From an uncultured Candidatus Saccharibacteria bacterium (GTDB lineage: Bacteria; Patescibacteriota; Minisyncoccia; 2-02-FULL-40-12; IGHO2-01-FULL-4-A): a DNA stretch of 30,348 bases. Positions 21,039-30,348 of this stretch are shown here, piece after piece. The stretch's first letter is position 1. Each line of letters begins with the position of its first letter. The notes below the pieces were generated by a model, which saw only the letters and a program-made list of their open reading frames with translations, made no database searches and was not told where the DNA came from. The stretch lies in assembly GCA_964446135.1 (NCBI GenBank), contig CAYUQA010000085.1, forward strand, positions 1 through 30,348. The letters run 5' to 3'. The translations under genes and the position numbers were made by a program.

Positions 21039-23162
21039 ATGTCAAGATATCGTCGCAGAACATTTAGAGACCTTCTTCTTCTCGGTTTTGCCGGTGGTTT
21101 TGTTCTTGTTCTTCTTTTTATTTTATTGGTTATTTTTTATGCTGTTCAGTTGCCAGACCCTACCGCATTAGCAACTCGTCGAGTTAGTGAATCAACCAAA
21201 ATCTATGATTCTTCTGGACAAACCGTGCTCTATGATGTACACGGTGAAGAAAAGAGAACTATTATCTCTTGGGAAGAGATTCCTGATATTGTAAAGAAGG
21301 CAACACTCGCTTCGGAAGATAACGATTTTTATAACCATCCGGGGATTGATGTGCGTGGTATTCTAAGAGCTTTTTATACAGATTTTATAACACTAAGCAC
21401 TTCGCAGGGTGGCTCAACTATCACCCAACAACTAGTTAAGAAATCCATTCTTTATGATGATAAGACTATCTCACGAAAGATTAAAGAAGCGCTTTTATCC
21501 ATTCAGATAGAACGTAAGTTCACAAAAGATGAGATTTTTTGGATGTACCTCAATCAAATACCATACGGCAATAATGCCTACGGAATAGAGGCGGCAAGTA
21601 AAACCTATTTTGGTAAACGAGCAAAACAACTAACACTTTCGGAGGCTGCATTTTTAGTAGGTTTACCAAAAGCGCCGACCTATTATTCTCCATATGGTAA
21701 AAATCTCAACGAGTCCATAAAACGACGCGATTTTATTCTGGGCAGAATGTTACAATTAGAGACTATAGAACAATCAGAATACGATGAGGCAATCGGGGAA
21801 AAGCTTACTATAAAACCAAAACAAGACAAAATTCAAGCACCACATTTTGTAATAATGGTCCGTGATTATCTAATAAAAAAATATGGCGCAGATACTGTAG
21901 AGAATGGTGGTCTAAATGTTGTCACAACTCTGGATCCTGATCTACAAACAATAGCGGAAGATGTTGTCACAAAATATGGCGATATTAATGAAAAACGCTA
22001 TAAAGCAGGTAATGCGGCTTTAGTTTCAAGTGATCCTAAGACCGGCGCTATACGAGCAATGGTCGGATCTAGAGATTATTTTAATACCGAGAATGATGGC
22101 AATTTTAATGTCACGCTATCACATAGACAACCAGGTTCTTCTTTTAAGCCTTTCGCCTATGCCACCGCTTTTGATAAAGGTTTTACAGACTCAACTATTC
22201 TTTTTGATCTACCAACTGAATTTAGTCCGAGTTGTGATTCGTCTGCCAAACAGATAAAAGATTCCTATGGGCAGAAATGTTATAACCCCCAAAATTATAA
22301 TGGAACTTATAGCGGCCCAGTAACCGCGCGGCAAGCACTTGGTCGTTCTTTAAATGTACCTTCTGTTAAAATGCTTTATCTTGCCGGCATTGATGACACC
22401 ATGTCTTTAGCAAAAGCAATGGGCATTCAAGATCTCGGCAAAAGCAGTCAATATGGTTTATCACTTGTTCTTGGTGGTGCTGAAGTTCGTTTATTGGATA
22501 TGACGACTGCTTACGGTGTTTTTGCAAACGACGGTATACGAGTTGAACCATATTTTATAGAAAAAGTAACAAAGAGCGATGGCACAGTACTTGAAGAACA
22601 CGAATTAAAACAAAAACGAGCTATCAACGAACAGATTGCCAGACTTGTAAATGATATTTTATCAGACAATAACGCACGCGGTCCGGTTTTTGGATATAAT
22701 AGCTCATTATATTTTCCTGATCGCCAAGTTGCCGCCAAGACAGGTACAACTCAAGATAATCGAGATGGTTGGTTGGTTGGTTATACGCCATCTTTAGCTA
22801 CCGGTGTTTGGACCGGAAATAACGATAATAGTCCTATGACCAGAGAGGGCGCTGGACTTTCAGCGGCTGGTCCAATGTGGCATGAATTTATGGCTCGAGC
22901 GCTTGCAAAACAACCTAGAGAATCTTTTATTCAACCCAATCCTATCTCTGTAGACAAAACCATGCTAAATGGCAATTATAATGGTCCTTTTGGTATTCAC
23001 ACCATATTATATTATGTCTCAACAAATAATCCCCAAGGATCTTTTCCAAGCTATCCCGAGAAAGACCAGCAATTCCGAAATTGGGAAGATGCCGTACAAC
23101 GCTGGGTATTTCAATCAGTTAATCAAGAGATAGTTTCTCCAACTCCGACTATCTCACAATAA
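21039..23162 (+). CDS. Class A penicillin-binding protein (PBP1A family, transglycosylase/transpeptidase, 707 aa)
   Basis: EDNDFYNHPG, GGSTITQQLVK, RKIKE glycosyltransferase motifs; SxxK (PGSSFKP), SxN (SLN), KTGT. Confidence 0.95.
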   Translation: MSRYRRRTFRDLLLLGFAGGFVLVLLFILLVIFYAVQLPDPTALATRRVSESTKIYDSSGQTVLYDVHGEEKRTIISWEEIPDIVKKATLASEDNDFYNHPGIDVRGILRAFYTDFITLSTSQGGSTITQQLVKKSILYDDKTISRKIKEALLSIQIERKFTKDEIFWMYLNQIPYGNNAYGIEAASKTYFGKRAKQLTLSEAAFLVGLPKAPTYYSPYGKNLNESIKRRDFILGRMLQLETIEQSEYDEAIGEKLTIKPKQDKIQAPHFVIMVRDYLIKKYGADTVENGGLNVVTTLDPDLQTIAEDVVTKYGDINEKRYKAGNAALVSSDPKTGAIRAMVGSRDYFNTENDGNFNVTLSHRQPGSSFKPFAYATAFDKGFTDSTILFDLPTEFSPSCDSSAKQIKDSYGQKCYNPQNYNGTYSGPVTARQALGRSLNVPSVKMLYLAGIDDTMSLAKAMGIQDLGKSSQYGLSLVLGGAEVRLLDMTTAYGVFANDGIRVEPYFIEKVTKSDGTVLEEHELKQKRAINEQIARLVNDILSDNNARGPVFGYNSSLYFPDRQVAAKTGTTQDNRDGWLVGYTPSLATGVWTGNNDNSPMTREGAGLSAAGPMWHEFMARALAKQPRESFIQPNPISVDKTMLNGNYNGPFGIHTILYYVSTNNPQGSFPSYPEKDQQFRNWEDAVQRWVFQSVNQEIVSPTPTISQ

Positions 23163-23427
23163 TATTATTTACGAGGATTTTATTTTTATTTAAAAATTCC
23201 AATAATTCCTGTCGTACAAAAAATATTTCATTGGCATATATTTTTCTTCTAGTTGTTAAAGTTAGAACATTTCGCTGAAAACGAATATCAGCCAAAATAT
23301 TTTTTTTATTGGGAAATTTTTTAGAGATAAAATCATTCAAAACATTTTGAATGATTTCTCTCTGCATCGCTTGGCCACTCATTATGCTCTTGTAGCGCTC
23401 AAATTGGGAATCTGCTGAACGAAACAT
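23149..23427 (-). CDS. Small basic protein, probable DciA/DUF721-like helicase loader (92 aa)
   Basis: Directly downstream of dnaN; LTLTT..IYANEIFF..ELL..L....V..I.VR pattern recalls DUF721; not verified. Confidence 0.55.
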   Translation of the reverse strand: MFRSADSQFERYKSIMSGQAMQREIIQNVLNDFISKKFPNKKNILADIRFQRNVLTLTTRRKIYANEIFFVRQELLEFLNKNKILVNNIIVR

Positions 23428-23430
23428 ATG

Positions 23431-24519
23431 TTATGAACGTAATGGCATTATGATGTAGATAAAATTCTTATCTGAGTCATTTTTAAGTACTAGTGGATTA
23501 CCCTCTCCTGTATATTCTAATATAACATTATCACTACGTATCGATTTAAGTCCATCCAATAGATATCTGTAATTCATAGAGACTGCAAATGGTTCATAAG
23601 AATCTTGTGTTAATATTGCCGCATTTAATTCTCCGCGATCAGTATTTTGTGAAAATATCTCAAGACGATCTTCTATTAAACGTAAAGTTATATCGGATAT
23701 TGTTGAAGAAAAAATACTCGCCAACCGTACTGTTTTTTCAAATTCTTGCCGTGGAATTTTTAATGTAGCTATAGAGTTGTTAGGAATAATCCTTTTATAA
23801 TCAGGATAACGTCCGTCAATAAGACGAGAGACAAATTGAAAATTCTGATTTGATAAAAAGAATTGATTTTCAGATAATTCAAATTCAATATCTTCATCAA
23901 GACTATCAATAATACGAATAATCTCGATCGCTGTTGTCCGAGGAATAATAAATTGCTTTGTTATCCCTAAATCACAAGCAAGCTCTTGTTCAGCAAGACG
24001 AAAACTATCAGTGGCGGCAAAAATAATTTTATTTTCATGTAATTGTAAAAAAATTCCGCTTAATTCAGGACGTAATTCAGATAGTGATGCCGAATCCAGA
24101 ACTGATGATAGACCCTGTTTTAATACTCCGCGATTTATGGATATCGGTTCAACTGTTTTATTTGAAGGGATAATCGGGAATTCATGACTATCCATTCCTA
24201 ATAATTTCGTAGCTATTTTTTCTGTTTGTATCTGAAGTGTATTTTTTACGGCAGTTAGTGTGATTTTTTCGTCATGGATATTTTGAATAAATTCAGAAAA
24301 TAGTCTTGCCGGCACAACAAGTTCCCCTTCGGCTTCAATCTTTGCACCAATCCAATAATGCATTCCTATCTCCAGATTTGTGGCAGAGAGTCTAAGACGT
24401 CCTTGATCTGTCTTTAAAAGAATCCCATTTAAAATTGGTAGACTGTTATTCTTTGCGGCAACATGCTCCACGACCCGAACTGCATTTAGGAGCCTCTGAT
24501 GATTAATAATTATATTCAT
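23431..24519 (-). CDS. dnaN: DNA polymerase III beta sliding clamp (362 aa)
   Basis: LPILNGIL, SATNLEIG, ATDSFRLA, SRLIDGRYPDY, MNYRYLLD, IMPLR. Confidence 0.97.
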   Translation of the reverse strand: MNIIINHQRLLNAVRVVEHVAAKNNSLPILNGILLKTDQGRLRLSATNLEIGMHYWIGAKIEAEGELVVPARLFSEFIQNIHDEKITLTAVKNTLQIQTEKIATKLLGMDSHEFPIIPSNKTVEPISINRGVLKQGLSSVLDSASLSELRPELSGIFLQLHENKIIFAATDSFRLAEQELACDLGITKQFIIPRTTAIEIIRIIDSLDEDIEFELSENQFFLSNQNFQFVSRLIDGRYPDYKRIIPNNSIATLKIPRQEFEKTVRLASIFSSTISDITLRLIEDRLEIFSQNTDRGELNAAILTQDSYEPFAVSMNYRYLLDGLKSIRSDNVILEYTGEGNPLVLKNDSDKNFIYIIMPLRS

Positions 24520-24728
24520 ATGTTATTACTACTATTATAGGTGTGATTATGGGGATAAGTTATTATTTGTCTATATGTATCAACCGATTATGTTAGATTT
24601 TACGTGTGTGTAACTCGGGGATAATTTTGGATAACTATGTGTATAATTTGGAGTGTTTATAAATCGATTACTTATACTCAAGTTTATGCAAAAGTTTTGG
24701 CCATACTATCGACATAGTTATAAACAGG
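24520..24728. other. Replication origin oriC (dnaA-dnaN intergenic)
   Basis: About ten DnaA-box-like 9-mers (24550, 24605, 24616, 24626, 24638, 24654 on -; 24672, 24684, 24706, 24718 on +) and an AT-rich trinucleotide run at 24522-24540. Confidence 0.85.
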
Positions 24729-26099
24729 CTATAAGTTCTCTATATTTTGGTAGATTCTTTCTTTGATTAAAATAAGTTCTTGCTTAGTGGATTCATTACC
24801 ATCTTCTTCACGTTTAATTTTTTCATATGCGTGTATTACCGTAGAATGATCTCTTCCTCCAAGTTTAGATCCTATTTCAGGAAAAGATAATTTTATCTCT
24901 TCTCGTAAAAGAAACATTGCTATTTGTCGTGGTCGGACAATCTCTTTTTTGCGACTGCGTTTTATCAGATCATTTTGGGAGATATTATAAAATTCGGCGA
25001 TTATTTTTAGAACTTGCTGATAATTTGTTTTGCGATATGGAGTTGTGAGATATGCGACGAGAAGTTTTTTAATTTCTTTCAGTTCCGGAGCTTTATTATA
25101 TATTTGACCGAAGGCGATAACACGATTAAGAGCGCCCTCTAGCTCGCGAATATTTTTTTGAATATTAGTGGCGATATATCCAAGACTATCCTCATTAAGC
25201 ATAAAATCTTTTTCTCGACATTTTACTTTTAAGATAGCTAATCTGGTCTCATAGTCAGGGATACCAACGTCAGCTATCATACCGCCTTCAAAACGCGAAC
25301 GTAAACGTCCTTCAAGTGCCGGGATAGCACTAGGTTGGCGATCAGAAGACAAAATAATCTGTTTATTTTTGCTATAAAGTTCGTTGAACGTGGCAAAAAA
25401 TATCTCTTGCGTACGCTCTTTACCGGCAATAAATTGAATATCATCAATAATAAGACAGTCTATTTTGGCGTATCTTTGTTTGAGCTCTTCTATTGTTTTG
25501 TTTTTTATCGATTCTATAATATCCGAAGTCATTCTCTCGGAAGAGATATAAGCGACTTTTTTCTCTGGCATCAGCGCGCTTATCTGATTGCCGGCCGCTT
25601 GAATAAGATGTGTTTTACCAAGACCAACACCACCATAAATAAAAAGCGGATTATATGTTTTGCCGATATTCTTTGAAACAGCAATACTGGCCGCGTGGGC
25701 AAGCTCGTTATTACTACCAACAACGAATGAGTCGAAAGTATAACGCTTGTTTATATTGGTTGACTTATCAATATCGCTATCGAACGAGTCTTCGTGCTGT
25801 AATCTTTCAGGAATAAATTGAGGAAAATGTTTGCGGATAGTTGGTAATGAGTTTAAACCGCCAACAGTATATTTTATCTCGCGAATATCTGGATCAAATT
25901 TCGCTATAACGCCAAAAATATTTTTATTAAATTTATTTTCTAACCACTCTTTTACAAAACCATTAGGGACACTTACGAGAATAGAATCTTTTGTGCTAGA
26001 TAATATATTCGTATTTTTAAACCATGTTGTGAAATTAGCTTTTGAAAGCGAAATTTCCATCTCCGCAAGTACTGCTTTCCATAGTTCTTCTTTCATCAT
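24729..26099 (-). CDS. dnaA: Chromosomal replication initiator DnaA (456 aa)
   Basis: YTFDSFVVG, YNPLFIYGGVGLGKTHL, IDDIQF, RLRSRFEGG, NIRELEGAL, RPRQIAMFL, GGRDHSTVIHA. Confidence 0.98.
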   Translation of the reverse strand: MMKEELWKAVLAEMEISLSKANFTTWFKNTNILSSTKDSILVSVPNGFVKEWLENKFNKNIFGVIAKFDPDIREIKYTVGGLNSLPTIRKHFPQFIPERLQHEDSFDSDIDKSTNINKRYTFDSFVVGSNNELAHAASIAVSKNIGKTYNPLFIYGGVGLGKTHLIQAAGNQISALMPEKKVAYISSERMTSDIIESIKNKTIEELKQRYAKIDCLIIDDIQFIAGKERTQEIFFATFNELYSKNKQIILSSDRQPSAIPALEGRLRSRFEGGMIADVGIPDYETRLAILKVKCREKDFMLNEDSLGYIATNIQKNIRELEGALNRVIAFGQIYNKAPELKEIKKLLVAYLTTPYRKTNYQQVLKIIAEFYNISQNDLIKRSRKKEIVRPRQIAMFLLREEIKLSFPEIGSKLGGRDHSTVIHAYEKIKREEDGNESTKQELILIKERIYQNIENL

Positions 26100-26147
26100 A
26101 ATGGGAAAAAAAGATGTTGCCGAAAAAATCGTTCAACAGTCTCGTTA

Positions 26148-26261
26148 CTATACACACTTTCAAATTAAAAAGTAAAATTTATAATTTATTTTTTAATCTA
26201 TGGCCATAATATAGCCAAATCATTTTTTAAAAGAGTTGATAAGATGTGTATAACTGGATAA
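26148..26261. promoter_or_regulatory. DnaA boxes in the dnaA-rpmH intergenic region
   Basis: CTATACACA 26148-26156 (+), TTATACACA on - at 26245-26253, weaker TTATCAACT and TTATCCAGT flanking it. Confidence 0.6.
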
Positions 26262-26274
26262 AGAATAACAAGTA

Positions 26275-26303
26275 TTGACTAATCTTATTTTTTTTGTTAT
26301 CAC
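26275..26303 (+). promoter_or_regulatory. Likely rpmH-rnpA-yidD-yidC promoter
   Basis: TTGACT (26275-26280), 17 bp, TG-T-TATCAC (imperfect -10). Confidence 0.45.
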
Positions 26304-26341
26304 TAATATGTAGTAGTAATACTTTTTAGCACATATTTACT

Positions 26342-26479
26342 ATGAAAATCACACTCTATAGACCAAAGAAAAAGAAGCGAAAAAAGAAGCATGGTTTTTT
26401 GAAGCGGGCAGAATCCAAAAACGGCAAAAAAGTTCTTGCGCGTCGTCGGGCAAAAGGCAGAAAGAAATTAACCGTTTAA
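26342..26479 (+). CDS. rpmH: 50S ribosomal protein L34 (45 aa), below ORF-track cutoff
   Basis: [45 protein letters not shown]; conserved position before rnpA. Confidence 0.97.
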   Translation: MKITLYRPKKKKRKKKHGFLKRAESKNGKKVLARRRAKGRKKLTV

Positions 26480-26485
26480 AGATTA

Positions 26486-26812
26486 ATGTCTTTTTTAAAA
26501 AAACATCGTCTTCGAACAAAAAAACAGTTCGACGAGATATTTAAGAGGGGTAAAAGCATACGCGGCAGTTTTTATTTAGCCAAATATATACCGAATAATC
26601 TATCTAATAGTCGTTTTACCATCATGGTTTCTAAAAAGATTGTCTCGGGCGCGGTGGCTAGAAACAAAATGCGTCGGCGAATACGCGAGGCATGGCGTAT
26701 GTATGGTGGTCTTTCGTCGGCGTTTGATATTATATTTAATATACAAAAGCCAACCAATCTTTCGAGTTTGGAGATACAAAAAGAAATGCGCGATCTCAAT
26801 TTACCCCATTAA
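26486..26812 (+). CDS. rnpA: Ribonuclease P protein component (108 aa)
   Basis: RL..K.QF..IFKRG, RF...VSKK...[13 protein letters not shown] (RNR motif). Confidence 0.93.
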   Translation: MSFLKKHRLRTKKQFDEIFKRGKSIRGSFYLAKYIPNNLSNSRFTIMVSKKIVSGAVARNKMRRRIREAWRMYGGLSSAFDIIFNIQKPTNLSSLEIQKEMRDLNLPH

Positions 26813-26822
26813 TATTTATTTA

Positions 26823-27062
26823 ATGAAAGATATACTAAAAAAGTTTATATTAGGCCTAATCCGCTTATATCAAAGAACTATCTCGCCATCACACGGTATT
26901 TATCTTTTAGCTCCCTGCTGTCGTTATTATCCTTCTTGTTCTGAATATACAGCGAAAGCCATTAGTCATTTCGGATTATTTCGCGGGATAATTATGGGCT
27001 GTTGGCGTATCGCGCGTTGCCAGCCTTTTTCTCGTGGTGGCGTGGATGATATCAAAATATGA
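26823..27062 (+). CDS. yidD: Membrane protein insertion efficiency factor YidD (79 aa)
   Basis: [31 protein letters not shown]; start MKDILK. Confidence 0.93.
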   Translation: MKDILKKFILGLIRLYQRTISPSHGIYLLAPCCRYYPSCSEYTAKAISHFGLFRGIIMGCWRIARCQPFSRGGVDDIKI

Positions 27063-27757
27063 TTCAATTTTTCAACACAATTCTTTTTTATCCAGTCTTT
27101 AATTTACTGGTTTTAATATACAATACAGTCGCATTTCAGGACTTTGGTTTAGCAGTTGTTATATTGACCATAGGTGTGCGTTTAGTGCTATCGCCATTAT
27201 CTATAAGGGCGATCCGTTCTCAGCGTGAGATGAGCGCGATACAGCCCCAGATAAAAGAGCTCCAGGAGCGTCACAAGGGCAACCGTGAAGAGTTGGGGCG
27301 CGCGACGATGGCACTCTATAAAGAACATAAAGTTAACCCTTTTGGTGGCTGTTTGCCCCTATTGGTTCAGATACCGGTACTCTTGGCACTATATAGCGCT
27401 TTTAGCGCCGCATTTAATCCGGCTAGTTTTGCAAATATCTATTCTTTTATTACAAATCCCGGCACGATTAATCCGCTAACTCTTGGTTTTATTGATCTTA
27501 CTAAAACCAGTCCCATATTAGCCATACTAGCCGGCGGACTTCAATTTATTCAATCTTGGCAATCACAAAAGTTAACTCCGGCTAGCAATCAACAGATGGC
27601 CGGCATGAATAAGCAATTATTGTATTTTTTCCCAGTCATCGTTATAATTATCTCTTGGAAATTACAAACTGGAATCGTATTATATTGGGTCGCAACGACC
27701 TTATTCTCAATAGTCGAATTAATATATATATCCAAGAAATATCATGTCCGATCTTAA
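27059..27757 (+). CDS. yidC: YidC/Oxa1 membrane insertase, short form without large periplasmic domain (232 aa)
   Basis: [56 protein letters not shown]. Confidence 0.95.
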   Translation: MIQFFNTILFYPVFNLLVLIYNTVAFQDFGLAVVILTIGVRLVLSPLSIRAIRSQREMSAIQPQIKELQERHKGNREELGRATMALYKEHKVNPFGGCLPLLVQIPVLLALYSAFSAAFNPASFANIYSFITNPGTINPLTLGFIDLTKTSPILAILAGGLQFIQSWQSQKLTPASNQQMAGMNKQLLYFFPVIVIIISWKLQTGIVLYWVATTLFSIVELIYISKKYHVRS

Positions 27758-28241
27758 TCATATATTTAAGGAGACAACAAAAGCCTGCTTAGAAAAGCTT
27801 GGTATTAGCGCCGAACTTTTGTTTTTGGATATACCAGAGAAAAAGCTTAAAGTTATAAATATTAAACCATCAGCTAACGATTCCCAAATTCTTATTGGTA
27901 AACATGGACAAAATCTAAGCGCTTTAGAACACTGTGTTAGATTGATAGCTTTCAAAAAAATAACAGAGCAAGCGGATCAAAATATTAATGACATTAATTT
28001 TGTACTCGATGTTGATGACTATCGTAAATTTCGGGCAGAAGAGATCGTCTCACTAGCTAAAACCACCGCAGAGCGTGTTTCTAACACTCGACGAGCAGAG
28101 GCTTTGCCGCCGATGACATCATATGAGCGTCGCATAGTGCATGTTGAGCTGGCTGGATTTAGTGATCTTCATACAGAGAGCATCGGACAAGAACCTCGAC
28201 GCCGAATCGTTATTAAACCAGACTCGGCACTGTTTTTGTGA
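27744..28241 (+). CDS. jag: Jag/KhpB-like KH-R3H RNA-binding protein (165 aa)
   Basis: KH LIGKHGQNLSALE, R3H LPPMTSYERRIVH, G.EPRRRIVI; follows yidC. Confidence 0.85.
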   Translation: MSDLNHIFKETTKACLEKLGISAELLFLDIPEKKLKVINIKPSANDSQILIGKHGQNLSALEHCVRLIAFKKITEQADQNINDINFVLDVDDYRKFRAEEIVSLAKTTAERVSNTRRAEALPPMTSYERRIVHVELAGFSDLHTESIGQEPRRRIVIKPDSALFL

Positions 28242-29662
28242 AATCGTTAACATTTAATGTTGGCATTACGACACTAGCCCGTATTATTACGGGCCTTGTT
28301 GGTCTATGGGTAATAAGAATTCTAACTACAGCTTTGGGACCGACTGGTTATGGCTACTATAACACCATAATCGCCTATCTTTTTTTGTTTAGCTCGCTTG
28401 CTGATGGTGGTTTGCAGGCGATTTTTTTACGAGAAATCTCAAAAAATCCTAGCGATGAAGAAAAATTAGCTAGCAATGTCTTTACTCTCAGATTATTCTT
28501 AAGCGTTGTTTTCGTTATTGTGGCAAATGTGATCGCATTTTTTCTGGGATATCCGGCACTAGTTCGCTGGGGTATATTTATCGCATCTTTCTCGTCGGTT
28601 GGCGTTTCCTTGGCGCAAGTTCTTCAGCCGATTTTTCAAAAACGCATGGCGCTATCGGCACTGGCCTTTAGCGACATTGTATCAAGAGCGGTACAAGTGG
28701 TGCTTTTATTAACGCTCATGAAGATAGGGGTTGGATTGCTGTTTTTTGTGATAGTTATGGCCATTTCCGAACTTGTTCGTTTTGGAGTCGTATTCGTTGC
28801 AAGCTATCGTTTTTATCCAATAAGGTTTTCGATAAATTTAGCAACCTGGAAAAATATTTTAAAATCAGCTTTTCCTGTAGCCATCTCGCTTATTTTTATT
28901 CTTATATATTTTAAACTCGATACTATAATACTTTCAATAATGAAATCAGGATATGAAGTCGGTATCTATTCCATTTCTTACAAAATTTTAGAATTGCTTT
29001 TGTTTTTACCGGCGACATATGTCGGACTTATCACGCCGATATTAGCTCGTACGGCGTACCGTCGTAGTTTTATTACCAACTTTCAGAATGGCTTTGATAT
29101 TATATCAATCTTTGCTTTGCCTTGTGGAGCCATTTTGGCGATACTGTCGCCACAGATTATTTTATTTATCGCCGGCGCTACATTTTTACCGGCAGCCGGA
29201 GTTTTAGCGGTATTGAGTTTGGCGATAGTTGTTATTTTTTATAGCACGCTTTATTCGCAATCAATCATAGCTCTTAACCTACAGAGAAAGACGATGATTA
29301 TATATTTTTTGGCGCTACTTCTAAATGTTGCCCTGAATATTATTTTTATTCCAAAGTATTCTTATTATGCCGCCGCTTGGGCCACTGTTGCCACAGAGAT
29401 TTTTGTAAATGCGGGCATTGGTTTCTACATCTTTAAAGCTATGAAATTTAAACCAGTACTAACTCGTTTTTATAAGGCCATTTTTGCGACGCTATGTATG
29501 GGCGCCTTGATATATTGGACCCGTTCTTCTTTAATATTGTCCATAAGCTTAGCGCCAATATATTTTCTAGTGCTTTTTTTGGTTGGTGGATTTAACCGCC
29601 AAGAATTGCGTCAGTTTTTCTCGTTGCGCCAACCAGTCTATCCAGAATCTAATCTCGAGTGA
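28238..29662 (+). CDS. Oligosaccharide flippase (Wzx/MOP family, 474 aa)
   Basis: LGPTGYGYY, ADGGL, FKLDTIIL..VGIYS.SYKI, LNVALNIIFIP.Y...AAWAT; multiple TM helices; GTG start overlapping jag stop. Confidence 0.88.
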   Translation: MKSLTFNVGITTLARIITGLVGLWVIRILTTALGPTGYGYYNTIIAYLFLFSSLADGGLQAIFLREISKNPSDEEKLASNVFTLRLFLSVVFVIVANVIAFFLGYPALVRWGIFIASFSSVGVSLAQVLQPIFQKRMALSALAFSDIVSRAVQVVLLLTLMKIGVGLLFFVIVMAISELVRFGVVFVASYRFYPIRFSINLATWKNILKSAFPVAISLIFILIYFKLDTIILSIMKSGYEVGIYSISYKILELLLFLPATYVGLITPILARTAYRRSFITNFQNGFDIISIFALPCGAILAILSPQIILFIAGATFLPAAGVLAVLSLAIVVIFYSTLYSQSIIALNLQRKTMIIYFLALLLNVALNIIFIPKYSYYAAAWATVATEIFVNAGIGFYIFKAMKFKPVLTRFYKAIFATLCMGALIYWTRSSLILSISLAPIYFLVLFLVGGFNRQELRQFFSLRQPVYPESNLE

Positions 29663-30348
29663 TCGGAAAGATTGATAGTTTACCAGTTGTAGCTAAGGTA
29701 ATAAAATAATTCTCATCAAGGGTTAAAAATGGTGCTTGAGCAAAGTCTTTTATCTGATCGTCCAGAGCAAGGACTACTTTTGTTTTTTCTGGGGCTTCTA
29801 CTGCTAGGCGTACAAGTTTTTGTCCGTCTGGAGATTTGGTTAAGCAAAATATATTATTACTATCTATGCTCCAGGCACAATCTGAAGCTTGGGCGTCTAT
29901 GCTAATATCATTAACTATCTCGCCCCCGACACGCTTTATGGCAATATGTCGTTTTGAATCAGGCTTTGTATAGTATGTGTATAACAAATATTCACCATTT
30001 GGAGACCATTGATTTTCGGTAAGATATAACTCACTAATAAAATTATTAAGTAATTTTGTCTCGGTATTTAGGATAAATATAGTTGTTTCGTTGTACGCTT
30101 CGCGGCGTAAAACAGCGATATTATTGTCATTAAGCCAGCGTATCTGCCAATCGGTTGAGCGAGTAGAAAATATATCTTTGTAAGTCTCTAGGTCTGGGTC
30201 GCCAATTCGGATAATAGCGCTCCCATCGTCATTTAAAAATAAGTATGAGATGAGATCACCTGATTTATTAAAGCTAATTTGAGATATGTTGTTCGGATAG
30301 ATCCGTGATTTTTTACCGAGTGCATCGGTGTATATAAACTTATCGCCA
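29649..30348 (-). CDS. Partial CDS (5' end beyond the window), probable TolB/WD40-like beta-propeller protein
   Basis: Frame read by hand is open from 29649 to the window edge (..ISFNKSGDLISY..QWSPNGEYLLYT..AWSID..SPDGQKL); the TTG start in the ORF track is internal. Confidence 0.75.
   Translation of the reverse strand, partial: GDKFIYTDALGKKSRIYPNNISQISFNKSGDLISYLFLNDDGSAIIRIGDPDLETYKDIFSTRSTDWQIRWLNDNNIAVLRREAYNETTIFILNTETKLLNNFISELYLTENQWSPNGEYLLYTYYTKPDSKRHIAIKRVGGEIVNDISIDAQASDCAWSIDSNNIFCLTKSPDGQKLVRLAVEAPEKTKVVLALDDQIKDFAQAPFLTLDENYFITLATTGKLSIFPITRD

Noticed and set aside
26640-26822. N-terminal extension of yidD in the ORF track
   Set aside because: Overlaps rnpA out of frame; YidD similarity starts at MKDILK (26823).
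583-27479. Remaining 60-142 aa ORFs nested in or antisense to well-supported genes
   Set aside because: Shadow ORFs of genes with clear family motifs; no independent evidence.
29976-29984. Isolated TTATACACA DnaA box on the minus strand
   Set aside because: Single copy inside a coding region; expected occasionally by chance.
1-30348. CRISPR array, IS transposase, rRNA, group I/II intron, or alternative genetic code
   Set aside because: No regularly spaced repeats, DDE/HUH/RT motifs or rRNA signatures seen; TGA acts as stop in coupled ATGA overlaps and core genes are intact under code 11.

Overview
Chromosomal window around the replication origin of a small-genome bacterium. The lineage is inferred to be Patescibacteria/CPR, Parcubacteria-like, from the scarcity of Shine-Dalgarno sites, a short YidC, a WWNP-type secreted protein and a sortase pair; the genetic code is standard (TGA = stop). 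The right two-thirds is core housekeeping: iscS, dsbA-like, tig, nusA, pilB/gspE, ruvB, ruvC, tyrS, PBP1A, dnaN, oriC, dnaA, rpmH, rnpA, yidD, yidC, a jag-like gene and a flippase. The left part holds tRNA-Arg(TCG), a large surface protein with its sortase, and tRNA-Lys(CTT), into which a ~4 kb island is inserted between 19-bp direct repeats. Five signals stand out. (1) The island's large serine recombinase has no stop codon of its own: its last 21 codons and its stop are the antisense of the host tRNA, and excision would swap this C-terminus. (2) Both tRNAs are trailed by a hairpin cassette that splits or mirrors the tRNA T-arm, ends in a copy of the tRNA 3' end and carries a C-AGCA-G hairpin loop. 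(3) Two tandem acidic microproteins (36 and 28 aa) absent from the ORF track share an EEYR(YR)LD motif. (4) There are two candidate ncRNAs: a 168-nt 6S-like rod and a ~200-nt RNA behind a perfect TTGACA-17-TATAAT promoter. (5) A 5' stub of yebC, a nusA leader attenuator candidate and ectopic DnaA boxes upstream of pilB are present. All calls come from reading the sequence by eye; no searches or folding programs were run.
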